DNA of 64,000 nucleotides from an uncultured Porifericola sp. (GTDB lineage Bacteria > Bacteroidota > Bacteroidia > Cytophagales > Cyclobacteriaceae), in NCBI GenBank assembly GCA_964518125.1, contig CAZFFW010000001.1:39704-103703 (forward strand), read 5' to 3'. Positions 31,105 to 40,708 of the stretch are shown piece by piece (position 1 is the first letter of the stretch; every line of letters begins with the position of its first letter). The notes beneath the pieces were generated by a model. It made no database searches, was not told the origin of the DNA, and was given only the letters and a program-made list of their open reading frames with translations. The position numbers and the translations under genes are program-made.

Positions 31105-32046
31105 TTAAAATCTTGCTTTACTAATAAATAACGGGCTGATAGACTCATGTTTATGAATTTTGCTGATTCCTCCGGCAAAAAGCTCAGCCACAGTCAGCAC
31201 CTTTATTTTTGAACACTCCTGCCTGAGGGGAATAGTATCTGTAACGATCAGTTCTTCAAGCTCAGAATTTTCAATATTCTCGTATGCGTTGCCGGAGAGT
31301 ACCGCATGTGTACTAATTGCTCTTACTGTTTTGGCCCCCCGCTCTTTAAGGATATTTGCTGCCCGACATAGCGTTCCTGCGGTATCTACCAGGTCATCTA
31401 CGAGTACCACATCCCGGTTTTGTACATTCCCTATTACCTGCATACTCTCAACCTGGTTAGAACGTTTACGTTCCTTATCACATACAACCATATCAGTCTG
31501 AAAGTACTGGGCGAAATTACGGGTACGCTTTACTCCACCCACATCAGGCGAAGCAAAAACCAGGTTTTCTTTAGGGATTTTATTGAGATAAGGAACAAAA
31601 ATGATACTTCCGCTGAAATGGTCTACCGGAAAATCAAAAAAACCCTGAATCTGGCCGGCATGCAAGTCACAGGTCATGAGGCGATCGGCACCCGCAGCAG
31701 AAAATAAATTAGCGATAAGCTTCGCACCTATGGCTACCCGTGGTTTATCTTTTCTATCCTGCCTGGCATAACCAAAATAAGGCACCACCGCAGTTACATA
31801 TTTAGCACTGGCTCTTCTCGCTGCGTCAATCAGGAGGAGCAATTCCATTAAATGATCAGAGGGAGAAAAAGTAGACTGCACCAGAAAGACGTCACAGCCT
31901 CTTACAGATTCGTTAAAGTGTGGTGATAATTCTCCGTCACTAAATTTTTCTATCTCTACTTCCCCTAGCGGCTTTCCGTAATGTTGAGCAATTTTTTCGG
32001 CAAGATCGCGGGTTGCGTTTCCGGAGAAAATCTTAACTGTGGCCAT
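31105..32046 (-). CDS. prs: ribose-phosphate pyrophosphokinase
   Basis: 313 aa with YFGYARQDRK and a VLVDDLVDTAGT PRPP-binding loop. Confidence 0.95.
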   Translation of the reverse strand: MATVKIFSGNATRDLAEKIAQHYGKPLGEVEIEKFSDGELSPHFNESVRGCDVFLVQSTFSPSDHLMELLLLIDAARRASAKYVTAVVPYFGYARQDRKDKPRVAIGAKLIANLFSAAGADRLMTCDLHAGQIQGFFDFPVDHFSGSIIFVPYLNKIPKENLVFASPDVGGVKRTRNFAQYFQTDMVVCDKERKRSNQVESMQVIGNVQNRDVVLVDDLVDTAGTLCRAANILKERGAKTVRAISTHAVLSGNAYENIENSELEELIVTDTIPLRQECSKIKVLTVAELFAGGISKIHKHESISPLFISKARF

Positions 32047-32069
32047 AGTAAGGGAGTCTGCAGAGTTTC

Positions 32070-32117
32070 AAAAAAACCAATCCCGGCTCACTATTTCGTG
32101 TAAGCCGGGATTTTTTA
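32070..32117. terminator. bidirectional terminator downstream of tRNA-Gln
   Basis: aatcccggct-(14-nt loop)-agccgggatt is a 10-bp stem flanked by an A-run and a T-run. Confidence 0.7.
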
Positions 32118-32120
32118 AAG

Positions 32121-32191
32121 TTGTCCGGCAAGGATTCGAACCCTGACTAACAGGACCAAAACCTGCTGTGCTACCATTACACAACCGGACA
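32121..32191 (-). tRNA. tRNA-Gln: tRNA-Gln (anticodon UUG)
   Basis: Hand-folded 71-nt cloverleaf from the reverse complement TGTCCGG TT GTGT AATGGTA GCAC A GCAGG TTTTGGT CCTGT TAGT CAGGG TTCGAAT CCTTG CCGGACA A. It has a U1:A72 pair, a GTTCGAAT T-loop and no encoded CCA. Confidence 0.85.
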
Positions 32192-32605
32192 TCGCATTTT
32201 GGAGGTACAAAAGTAGTATCTTTTAAATTAGTTGCAAACTCATCTGAGATTTTTTTTAAAATTTTAAGGGAGTAAAAATGCTTTATTGATTGATCATATA
32301 AGTGCGTTCAAAACACAAAGCCTGAATACTAAAAAATGAAAATAACAATCCAGAAGATTTTCCATTTAGATAAAGTGGATGCTGCTCCTGATTTTTTGTG
32401 GCATGCTACTTGAAGCAAATTTTAAAACTTTTTAACCTCAATTCATACATGTTTGCTCCACCAAGGATTGCCAAGGCTCACATAACCTTATTATTATAAC
32501 TGTCACTAAAATGTTCAATTTTATATAAATATTAGAACAAATAATATCAAAATTACTTGTGTCTAATGTCTGTTTGTAATATATTTACAGTAAATATTAC
32601 ATATG

Positions 32606-32623
32606 TTCAATATTTCTATTGAA
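32606..32623. promoter_or_regulatory. inverted repeat just upstream of the EPS priming transferase start
   Basis: TTCAATA-TTTC-TATTGAA has perfect 7-bp arms and ends 10 nt before the ATG at 32633. Confidence 0.25.
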
Positions 32624-32632
32624 TAATACAAA

Positions 32633-34045
32633 ATGACCGCACTTGCTATACTAAAAAAGAGTCACTACTCAAAATCGTTGATCTTTTTGCTGCTTTTGGT
32701 GGATATGATGATGCTTAGTATTGCATTTTTCGTATCCAACTTTATCATGCATGATGCGCTGCTGCTGGCAAATCGGGAAAGCCAGACCTTGCTGATCATT
32801 TCTAACCTGGGATGGATCGTTGCTTCTACTTTCAGTAATGTTTATCATATTGATAACCTGAAAACTTACCGGAAGATTTTTTGGGTGGTATTATTCAGCC
32901 TCCTTTTATGTATGGTCATTATTGCGGTGTATTCATTCCTGATTAATCCCGGTTATTTCTCTCTTAATTTTATCTTATATTTCTTCTTACTTTCTTATTT
33001 ACTAATTACCGCTTCCCGGATCAGTGAATGGAAAATATATACTTTTCTGCGTTCAGTATATTCCTCAAAAAAGAATGTTGTGGTAGTAGGTTTTACAAAA
33101 CCCGGAAAGAGGCTGTACAACTACTTTATAAAAAACGGTGCAGCCAACTATAACTTTCTTGGCTTCTTTGATGAGAATACCAAGCAACCGCTGGGAGAAC
33201 AGTATATGCTTGGGCAACTCAAGGATATTCAGAATTTCTGTATCAGAGAAAATGTAGATGAAATATACTATGCGCTACCGAACCACGCACCATTGGTAGA
33301 TAAACTGGCCAAGTTTGCTGACGACAATTTTATCCATTTTGGACTGGTACAGGATGTTGAAGGACTATCAAACCAGCGCATTGATACCCACCTGTATGAT
33401 GACGGAAAAATACCCATTGTTACCCCCCGTCGTGATCCTTTAAGATTCTTCTTTAATCGTCAGGTTAAAAGGGCTTTTGACATCTTTTTCTCACTCTTCG
33501 TGATTTTGCTTTTGTTTCCTTTCATTGTACCCATCGTAGGAATGGCCATTAAGCTTGACTCTAAAGGCCCGATTTTCTTCAGACAGATGCGTTCCGGGAA
33601 AAACGGCAAACCTTTCTGGTGTCATAAGTTCCGGACAATGACCGTAAATAATGAGTCCGATAGCAAACAGGCATCAAAGAATGATTCCAGAATTACAAAG
33701 GTCGGTGCGTTTTTAAGAAAAACCAGCCTTGATGAGTTTCCGCAATTTTATAATGTACTCATCGGTGATATGTCTGTCGTCGGACCCCGTCCACACATGC
33801 TGAAGCATACCGAAGAGTACTCTGCCATTATTGACAATTTTAAGGTAAGGCACTTCATCAACTCAGGCATTACCGGATACGCTCAGGTAAATGGTTACCG
33901 TGGAGAAACGAAAGATAATTCTCAGATGGAAAAAAGAGTGATTTATGACAACTGGTACCTGGAAAACTGGAGCCTGTCCCTCGATATAAAGATTATTATC
34001 AAAACTGTTGTAAATGCAATTAGGGGCGAGAAAAACGCCTATTAA
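32633..34045 (+). CDS. undecaprenyl-phosphate hexose-1-phosphate transferase (exopolysaccharide priming glycosyltransferase)
   Basis: 470 aa. Four or five N-terminal TMs precede a C-terminal bacterial sugar-transferase domain (KRAFDIFFS..., DEFPQFYNVLIGDMSVVGPRP). Confidence 0.85.
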   Translation: MTALAILKKSHYSKSLIFLLLLVDMMMLSIAFFVSNFIMHDALLLANRESQTLLIISNLGWIVASTFSNVYHIDNLKTYRKIFWVVLFSLLLCMVIIAVYSFLINPGYFSLNFILYFFLLSYLLITASRISEWKIYTFLRSVYSSKKNVVVVGFTKPGKRLYNYFIKNGAANYNFLGFFDENTKQPLGEQYMLGQLKDIQNFCIRENVDEIYYALPNHAPLVDKLAKFADDNFIHFGLVQDVEGLSNQRIDTHLYDDGKIPIVTPRRDPLRFFFNRQVKRAFDIFFSLFVILLLFPFIVPIVGMAIKLDSKGPIFFRQMRSGKNGKPFWCHKFRTMTVNNESDSKQASKNDSRITKVGAFLRKTSLDEFPQFYNVLIGDMSVVGPRPHMLKHTEEYSAIIDNFKVRHFINSGITGYAQVNGYRGETKDNSQMEKRVIYDNWYLENWSLSLDIKIIIKTVVNAIRGEKNAY

Positions 34046-34066
34046 TTTTAACCTTATCAATTTATC

Positions 34067-35377
34067 ATGAAAATCAGTGTTTTTGGTCTTGGCTACGTAG
34101 GAGCTGTCTCCTGTGCCTGTTTTGCAAAAATTGGCCACCACGTAATAGGTGTTGATGTAAGCGAGCTGAAAATAAGGCTCATCAATAGTGGTAAATCTCC
34201 CATCGTAGAGAAAGACCTGGATGAATATATTGAAGAAGGCATTAGAACCGGTAGGATTAAAGCCTCCAATGATGTGACTCAGGCAGTTCATGGTTCTGAA
34301 CTTTCTATCGTATGTGTGGGTACCCCCAGTCAGATTAACGGAAACATAGACCTGACATATATCTACAGAGTATGTAATGAGATAGGAGAAGCGATTAAAT
34401 CCAAAAATGATTTTCATACAGTGGTCATCAGAAGTACAGTAGTACCTGGTACCATTCAGCAGTGTGTACAGATCATAGAGGATGTTTCCGGAAAAAAACA
34501 CGGGAAAGATTTTGGTGTGGCATCCAATCCTGAATTTCTCAGAGAAAGTACTGCTATTGAAGATTTCTGGAACCCTCCCTATACGGTGATCGGTACCGCC
34601 TGCACCCAAAGTGAGGATCAGCTAAAAGAACTTTACAAGGACATTGATGCTCCTATGTTCACGCTAAAGCCCGAAGAAGCTGAGATGATCAAGTATGCCA
34701 ACAATAATTTTCATGCGGTAAAGGTGACTTTTGCTAATGAAGTAGGCAATATCTGTAAGGAACTAGGAGTGGATGGCCAGAAAGTGATGGAAGTGGTAGC
34801 CAGTGATCATAAGCTAAATCTATCCTCATACTATATGAAGCCAGGTTTTGCGTTCGGCGGTTCTTGTTTACCTAAAGATGTAAGAGGCCTGAACTACAGA
34901 GCCAAGACACTGGACCTGAAAACGCCTCTGCTTAGCAGCCTGATGGCAAGTAATAATTATCAGGTTGAGCGAGGCTTACAACTTATTTATAAAACCGGAA
35001 AAAAGAAGATTGGCTTTTTAGGATTTGCTTTTAAAGCAGGAACAGACGATTTAAGAGAAAGCCCTATCGTTGAGGTGATTGAAACACTACTGGGCAAAGG
35101 TTACGATCTTTCCCTGTACGACAGTAATATTCTGTTGTCAAGACTGATGGGGAAAAATAAGGATTACCTCACCGGCCATATTCCTCACATCAACCGGGTA
35201 CTTAAGGATAGTGTACAGGATGTCATCAACGAATCAGATGTGATTGTTTTTGGTAATAAATCCGCCGAGTTCAAAGAAGCCATCAAGAATATCCCGGAAG
35301 AAAAAACAATTATTGACCTGATAAGGGTTGATAAATCAAGATTAACACAAGATAATTATGTCGGAATTTGCTGGTAA
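34067..35377 (+). CDS. algD: GDP-mannose 6-dehydrogenase
   Basis: 436 aa. As I remember AlgD, it is collinear along the whole length: MKISVFGLGYVGAV...VIGVDV...LINSGKSPIVE, GFAFGGSCLPKDVR, FKAGTDDLRESP and the C-terminal GICW. Confidence 0.8.
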   Translation: MKISVFGLGYVGAVSCACFAKIGHHVIGVDVSELKIRLINSGKSPIVEKDLDEYIEEGIRTGRIKASNDVTQAVHGSELSIVCVGTPSQINGNIDLTYIYRVCNEIGEAIKSKNDFHTVVIRSTVVPGTIQQCVQIIEDVSGKKHGKDFGVASNPEFLRESTAIEDFWNPPYTVIGTACTQSEDQLKELYKDIDAPMFTLKPEEAEMIKYANNNFHAVKVTFANEVGNICKELGVDGQKVMEVVASDHKLNLSSYYMKPGFAFGGSCLPKDVRGLNYRAKTLDLKTPLLSSLMASNNYQVERGLQLIYKTGKKKIGFLGFAFKAGTDDLRESPIVEVIETLLGKGYDLSLYDSNILLSRLMGKNKDYLTGHIPHINRVLKDSVQDVINESDVIVFGNKSAEFKEAIKNIPEEKTIIDLIRVDKSRLTQDNYVGICW

Positions 35378-36578
35378 ACACATACTGATCATCATTGAGA
35401 ACCTTCCTGCCCCCTTTGACCGAAGGGTCTGGCAGGAGGCTTCCTCACTCAAAAAACAAGGTGCTGATGTGAGTATTATCTGCCCCAAAATGAAGGGCTA
35501 CTCCGACAGCTACGAGGAAATAGATGGTATAGCAATCTATCGTCACCCCTTACCTGTAGAAGGAAGTGGTGCTATTGGTTACCTGATGGAATATAGTACT
35601 GCCCTCTTCTGGGAACTATTTCTTAGCTTCAAGATATTTTTCAGGAAACGCTTTCATGTCATACATGGCTGTAATCCTCCCGATCTGATATTTCTTACGG
35701 CTTTACCTTTTAAATTATTCGGTGTAAAATTTGTATTTGATCACCATGACATCAACCCGGAATTATACCTGGCCAAATTCGGGAAGAAGGACTTTTTTTA
35801 TCGTTGCATGCTGTGGTTTGAGCGCCTTACTTTCAAAACTGCCCATTATAGCATTGCGACAAATGAATCCTATAGAAAGATAGCCATAGAAAGAGGAAAA
35901 ATGCCTTCCGCTAAGGTGCAGGTAGTCAGAAGCGGCCCGAGTCTGGAAAGGATTAAAATACAGCCTGGAAATGAAAAGTATAAGAAAGGCCGTTCCTATC
36001 TGGTAGGTTATGTAGGTGTGATAGGCGTGCAGGAAGGGCTTGACCTGTTGATGGAATCCGTTAAGTATCTGGTGGGTAAAAGACAGGATGTTCAGTTTGC
36101 AATCGTGGGCGGCGGTACTTCACTGGATGAAATCAAACTACTTGCCAATGAGATGGGTGTGGGAGATTATGTTGATTTCTATGGCAGGGTTAGCGATGAA
36201 ATGCTACTGGATGTGCTCAACTCCTGTGATGTTTGTGTAAATCCGGATAAGCCAACTGAAATGAATAACCTGTCTACCATGAACAAAATCATGGAATATA
36301 TGGCTTTAAGAAAACCTATCGTGCAATATGATCTGAAAGAAGGAAGAGCTTCTGCACAGCAGGCATCGCTTTATGCAAAAAACCATGATACAGCTGACTT
36401 TGCTGAAAAAATCATGTGGCTGTTAGACCATGAGGAAGAAAGCGCATCTATGGCAGAATATGGTTACGAAAGGGTAATCAATCAACTTTCCTGGGACCAC
36501 GAGAGTAGCAAACTTATAAATTTTTATGCAAAAGTGCTGGGTGTTACCTTAAAAGAAAGCGCCAGCATCAGCGTTTAA
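35358..36578 (+). CDS. glycosyltransferase family 4 (GT-B, group 1)
   Basis: 406 aa, GT-B layout with an EX7E-like region. It overlaps algD by 20 nt. Confidence 0.8.
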   Translation: MSEFAGKHILIIIENLPAPFDRRVWQEASSLKKQGADVSIICPKMKGYSDSYEEIDGIAIYRHPLPVEGSGAIGYLMEYSTALFWELFLSFKIFFRKRFHVIHGCNPPDLIFLTALPFKLFGVKFVFDHHDINPELYLAKFGKKDFFYRCMLWFERLTFKTAHYSIATNESYRKIAIERGKMPSAKVQVVRSGPSLERIKIQPGNEKYKKGRSYLVGYVGVIGVQEGLDLLMESVKYLVGKRQDVQFAIVGGGTSLDEIKLLANEMGVGDYVDFYGRVSDEMLLDVLNSCDVCVNPDKPTEMNNLSTMNKIMEYMALRKPIVQYDLKEGRASAQQASLYAKNHDTADFAEKIMWLLDHEEESASMAEYGYERVINQLSWDHESSKLINFYAKVLGVTLKESASISV

Positions 36579-36688
36579 TGTTTCAAATAAGTCAGCTAGG
36601 GTAGCTGAATTAAACCTTAAGATATTTTGAATCTCTCGGTTCAGAATGTCTTAAGGAAATTTTTTTATTAATAACTTAACACAGGTTT

Positions 36689-37495
36689 ATGAATTACTTA
36701 AAATCCCGCATCAGCATATTTTTTACAGCCATTTTGCTTTTAGGTTGTCAGGAAGTTCCTCTAACCGGAAGACAACAGTTTACCCCTATACCTGAGAGCC
36801 AGATTTTGACGCTTAGTTTTCAGAATTATAATGAAGTGCTGAAAGGTAGTCAGCTCTCAAACAACCAGGAGGATGTACGACTGATTAAAGATGTAGGTAA
36901 GAAACTCTCATCTTCTGTTGATAATTATTTTCGGGAAAACAATCTTTCCGACAGGGTTGACGATTTCAAATGGGAATTTAACCTCATAAAAGACGACAAT
37001 ATGATCAACGCCTGGTGTATGCCAGGTGGTAAGGTGGCATTTTATACGGGAATCCTACCTGTATGCCAGGGCGAAAATGGTGTGGCTACAGTTATGTCTC
37101 ATGAGATAGCGCATGCAGTTGCTAAACATGGTAACGAAAGAATGGCGCAGCAATTAGCCGTTCAACTTGGCGGAACTGCATTGAGCGTTGCCCTGAGTGA
37201 GCAACCGGAAACAACACAACGATTAGCTTTATCGGCTTTTGGGCTAGGTGCTCAGTATGGGTTGTTATTGCCTTACAGCCGTAACCATGAACTGGAAGCT
37301 GATGAACTGGGCATTTATTTCATGGCTATGGCGGGCTATGATACCAATGAAGCTGTGGATTTCTGGCAGAGAATGGCAGAGCAAGGCGGTCAGCGTCCAC
37401 CAGAGTTTTTGTCGACGCACCCCTCCCCCGAAAACCGAATCAACAACATCAGAAATACCATACCGAAGGCGGAGAAATACCGGGGAGAATTTTAG
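36689..37495 (+). CDS. M48 family zinc metallopeptidase lipoprotein (YcaL/LoiP-like)
   Basis: 268 aa with lipobox LLLGCQ, HEIAHAV zinc motif and a downstream ELEADELG. Confidence 0.85.
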   Translation: MNYLKSRISIFFTAILLLGCQEVPLTGRQQFTPIPESQILTLSFQNYNEVLKGSQLSNNQEDVRLIKDVGKKLSSSVDNYFRENNLSDRVDDFKWEFNLIKDDNMINAWCMPGGKVAFYTGILPVCQGENGVATVMSHEIAHAVAKHGNERMAQQLAVQLGGTALSVALSEQPETTQRLALSAFGLGAQYGLLLPYSRNHELEADELGIYFMAMAGYDTNEAVDFWQRMAEQGGQRPPEFLSTHPSPENRINNIRNTIPKAEKYRGEF

Positions 37496-38091
37496 TCAAG
37501 AGGATTATAGTTGCCTTTTACGTACTGAAGGTAATTTTCACAACTCATTTTGCCGCTTTCCTGACAATAATTACAAACACTGTAAACGGAGGAGCCCAGC
37601 GCTCCTTTTTCTATTTTTACGCCTTCACCTTTACAAACCGGGCATACTACAAATGGCACCTCCTCGCAGTTTAACACTTCTTTATTTCTTGGAGGTTCTC
37701 TATACTGATTCACCTGAGTATCCGCAAAATTAGTTTGATTCAAGTCAGCTTCGGACAGCTTGAGATATTCAACTGCCTGGTCAAAAAATCTACCGGCTGT
37801 CCCTTTAAGTTCAATATATTTGTTTAGCCAGTCTATGCTCTGGCTGAATTTTTCAAGATAGTAGGAGTTTTTACCAAAATAAAAGCAGAGATCAGCTGGT
37901 ACTACTTCTACGTTTTGGAGCGCTTCTCTAAAAAGACCGTCGGCCTCCACAAATTTCCCCTGGTTCATCAGTTCAACACCTTCATCCATCTTCATTAGCT
38001 GCTGACTCTGGTTCAGATCCCTCACCTGTTGAGCTTGCAGGCTACTACTAAAAGTCAGTACGAGCAATGATATAACTATAAGTCTCTGCAT
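37492..38091 (-). CDS. secreted TPR-like protein with C-terminal DnaJ-type zinc-finger motifs
   Basis: 199 aa. A signal peptide (SSSLQAQQ) and a helical TPR-like N-terminal half are followed by CPVCKGEG and CNYCQESG (CxxCxxxG) motifs. Confidence 0.5.
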   Translation of the reverse strand: MQRLIVISLLVLTFSSSLQAQQVRDLNQSQQLMKMDEGVELMNQGKFVEADGLFREALQNVEVVPADLCFYFGKNSYYLEKFSQSIDWLNKYIELKGTAGRFFDQAVEYLKLSEADLNQTNFADTQVNQYREPPRNKEVLNCEEVPFVVCPVCKGEGVKIEKGALGSSVYSVCNYCQESGKMSCENYLQYVKGNYNPLD

Positions 38092-38206
38092 TATTATCTG
38101 ATTATTCTCCTAATTTAACGATAAAATTAGAACATTTCTTGAGTTGTTAAGCTAAAGCTTTCACAGAATACTACGCAAGGAATAGGTTTTTAATCTTCCA
38201 CCTTAA

Positions 38207-38644
38207 ATGATATTTTTGTGTATGGAAAACAGGATCTTGGAAGAAGATGTTCAACCTCACCTACAATTTGAAAAAAGAGGTTACCTGCTCCCTGTGATTG
38301 TGCAGGAGGAAGAAAGCAAGGAAGTGCTTATGTTAGGATATACAAACTCTGAGGCATTTGAGAAAACGGTCAATTCAGGTTTAGCTACATTCTGGAGTAC
38401 ATCCCGTCAACAGTTATGGACGAAAGGTGAAACTTCGGGAGACTATCTGCATGTTAAGTCAATACGGGTAGATTGTGACCAGGATGCTTTACTTTACCTG
38501 GTAAGCCTTGCGGGCAATGGTGTCTGCCATACCAGAGATGCCGAGGGAAATACCAGAAAAAGCTGTTTTTACCGCTATTATGACCTAAAAAAAGAGTTGC
38601 TGGAACATTTGGATGTAAACCGGCAAATTGATACAAATCTATGA
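38207..38644 (+). CDS. hisI: stand-alone phosphoribosyl-AMP cyclohydrolase
   Basis: 145 aa (an alternative start is the Met at 38222). It has WTKGETSG and VDCDQDALLYLV...GVCHT...SCFY motifs and retains the Cys zinc ligands. No HisE domain is present. Confidence 0.8.
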   Translation: MIFLCMENRILEEDVQPHLQFEKRGYLLPVIVQEEESKEVLMLGYTNSEAFEKTVNSGLATFWSTSRQQLWTKGETSGDYLHVKSIRVDCDQDALLYLVSLAGNGVCHTRDAEGNTRKSCFYRYYDLKKELLEHLDVNRQIDTNL

Positions 38645-39054
38645 ATACTGTTGAAATTCTAAAAGAAGCTGGTTTGAGGATAACTTCCAGCAGGAAAAAA
38701 ATCATTGAAATACTGATGAACAGCCAGTCAGCACTGTCTGAAATAGACCTGGAAAAGCAACTATCCGCTGACTGCGACCGTACCACCATCTATCGTACAC
38801 TCAATACACTCCTTGAAAATCATCTGGTGCATCGTCTGGTAGATATGGATGGTGTTAATAAGTATGTGCTGAATACCAGGCAGGAAGAAGAGAGCCATGA
38901 GCATGCACATTTCAAATGCAATCACTGTGGTACCATTCACTGCCTCCCCGAAGCACCGACCCAGCAAATCAGCCTGCCAGAAGGTTACAGTAAGCTGGAC
39001 ACCAATTTTTTGGTCATTGGCGTGTGCCAGGATTGTAACAGTATGGATAATTAA
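38641..39054 (+). CDS. Fur-family metalloregulator (Fur/Zur/PerR type not resolvable)
   Basis: 137 aa. A winged-helix N-terminal domain precedes HEHAHFKCNHCG and CQDC structural Zn motifs. Its ATG overlaps the hisI stop in an ATGA arrangement. Confidence 0.85.
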   Translation: MNTVEILKEAGLRITSSRKKIIEILMNSQSALSEIDLEKQLSADCDRTTIYRTLNTLLENHLVHRLVDMDGVNKYVLNTRQEEESHEHAHFKCNHCGTIHCLPEAPTQQISLPEGYSKLDTNFLVIGVCQDCNSMDN

Positions 39055-39096
39055 TCATTTTAGCAGCTTTTAATCAATAGATTTAATCATACATTC

Positions 39097-40608
39097 ATGG
39101 ACCAAACCTTGTTTGAAAAGTATCCCATTTATCTAATCAACAGCTACACCCGAAAAAAAGAAAAATTCCAACCTCTCAATCCATCCCATATTGGCATTTA
39201 CCTTTGTGGACCCACTGTTTACGGTGACCCTCACCTGGGCCATGCACGTTCTGCAATCAGCTTTGATATTGTCGTCCGTTACTTTAGGTTTTTAGGGTAT
39301 AAAGTACGCTATGTCCGTAATATCACCGACGTAGGACACCTTGAGGATGAAGTGCTGGACGCTGGAGAAGACAAAATCACCAAGAAAGCCCGCCTGGAGC
39401 AACTGGAGCCGATGGAGATTGTGCAAATGTACACCAATCGCTACCATGAGGCGATGGCCAGACTCAATACCCTCCCTCCCAGCATAGAACCTACTGCCAG
39501 TGGGCACGTACCTGAGCAGATCAAGATCATAGAAGCCATTCTCCGGAATGGTTATGCCTACGAGGCAAATGGATCTGTCTATTTTGACCTGGAGAAGTAC
39601 GCAGGTCAACAACCATACGGGAAACTTTCCGGTAAAGTACTGGAAGATCTGAAGGCCGGTAGCAGGGATACCGAAGGTCTTAGTGAAAAAAGAAGTCCCC
39701 ATGACTTCGCCCTCTGGAAAAAAGCAAGTCCTGAACACATCATGCGATGGGATTCTCCCTGGAGCGAAGGCTTTCCGGGCTGGCACCTGGAGTGTACTAC
39801 GATGTGCACCAAATATTTGGGAGATGAGTTTGATATTCATGCTGGTGGTCTAGACCTTCAATTTCCCCACCATGAAGCTGAGATTGCCCAGAGCTTTGGG
39901 GCATTTAAAAAAAACCCTGTACGCTACTGGATGCACAACAACATGGTCACCATAGATGGGCAGAAAATGAGCAAGTCGCTGGGTAATTTCATCACACTGG
40001 AACAGCTTTTTGAGGGAGACCATCCTAAACTTGAACAGGCCTATTCTCCCATGACAGTGCGCTTTTTTATCCTTCAGGCTCATTATCGTAGCCCTATTGA
40101 CTTTTCTAACCAGGCGCTACAGGCTGCTGAAAAGGGCTTACAAAGACTTATGAACGCGCTGGAACTTCTTTCTAAACTGGATCATCAGGAAGCAGATACT
40201 GATCAGGCGCTGGATGAGGAGATACGCTCCCTGTGTGCCTCCTGCTATGAACACATGAGCGACGATTTTAATACGGCTAAAGCAATTGCATCTCTTTTTG
40301 AAATGGGAAGTAAGGTCAATGCCTTTTATCATCAACAGCTACCGCTAAAAGGTATTACAGCTGAAACCTTTACATTACTTAAAAACACTTTTACCAGCTT
40401 TGTTGAGGAAGTCCTGGGAATGGAGGCCGAAAGGAATGACCAGAGTGATAGAATTGGCGCATTGGTAAACCTGCTCATTGACATAAGAAAAGATGCACGC
40501 TCTCAAAAGGATTTTGCCACATCTGATAAAATCAGGGACAGACTTGCCGAAATTGGCGTTCAGTTAAAAGATGAAAAAGGAGGTGCAACATCCTTTGCAC
40601 TCAACTAG
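39097..40608 (+). CDS. cysS: cysteine--tRNA ligase
   Basis: 503 aa with CGPTVYGDPHLGHARS (HIGH), WHLECT, FPHHEAEIAQ and KMSKS. Confidence 0.95.
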   Translation: MDQTLFEKYPIYLINSYTRKKEKFQPLNPSHIGIYLCGPTVYGDPHLGHARSAISFDIVVRYFRFLGYKVRYVRNITDVGHLEDEVLDAGEDKITKKARLEQLEPMEIVQMYTNRYHEAMARLNTLPPSIEPTASGHVPEQIKIIEAILRNGYAYEANGSVYFDLEKYAGQQPYGKLSGKVLEDLKAGSRDTEGLSEKRSPHDFALWKKASPEHIMRWDSPWSEGFPGWHLECTTMCTKYLGDEFDIHAGGLDLQFPHHEAEIAQSFGAFKKNPVRYWMHNNMVTIDGQKMSKSLGNFITLEQLFEGDHPKLEQAYSPMTVRFFILQAHYRSPIDFSNQALQAAEKGLQRLMNALELLSKLDHQEADTDQALDEEIRSLCASCYEHMSDDFNTAKAIASLFEMGSKVNAFYHQQLPLKGITAETFTLLKNTFTSFVEEVLGMEAERNDQSDRIGALVNLLIDIRKDARSQKDFATSDKIRDRLAEIGVQLKDEKGGATSFALN

Positions 40609-40708
40609 TTTGTATCATTAGACTTACAATACAACTTACATTTCAAAACCTGAAGGCATAATTTATAGTAATTACTGTACGTTTACTTTAGTTTTTGAAA
40701 AAAAGCAT

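Noticed and set aside
32121-32632. tRNA-Gln as an integration site for a genomic island
   Set aside because: The tRNA 3' end faces prs, ctc and pth (core genes). No integrase and no repeat of the tRNA 3' end was seen. The AT-rich DNA on the other side reads as the promoter or leader of the EPS locus.
33863-34609. 248-aa minus-strand ORF spanning the junction between the priming transferase and algD
   Set aside because: It is antisense to two strongly supported genes.
37248-37733. 161-aa plus-strand ORF
   Set aside because: It overlaps the M48 peptidase in another frame and the zinc-finger gene on the antisense strand.
38092-38206. Possible Fur or Zur box upstream of hisI (ATTATCTGATTAT)
   Set aside because: The sequence is not a true palindrome and matches the GATAATGATAATCATTATC-type consensus poorly. 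I could not support it by eye.
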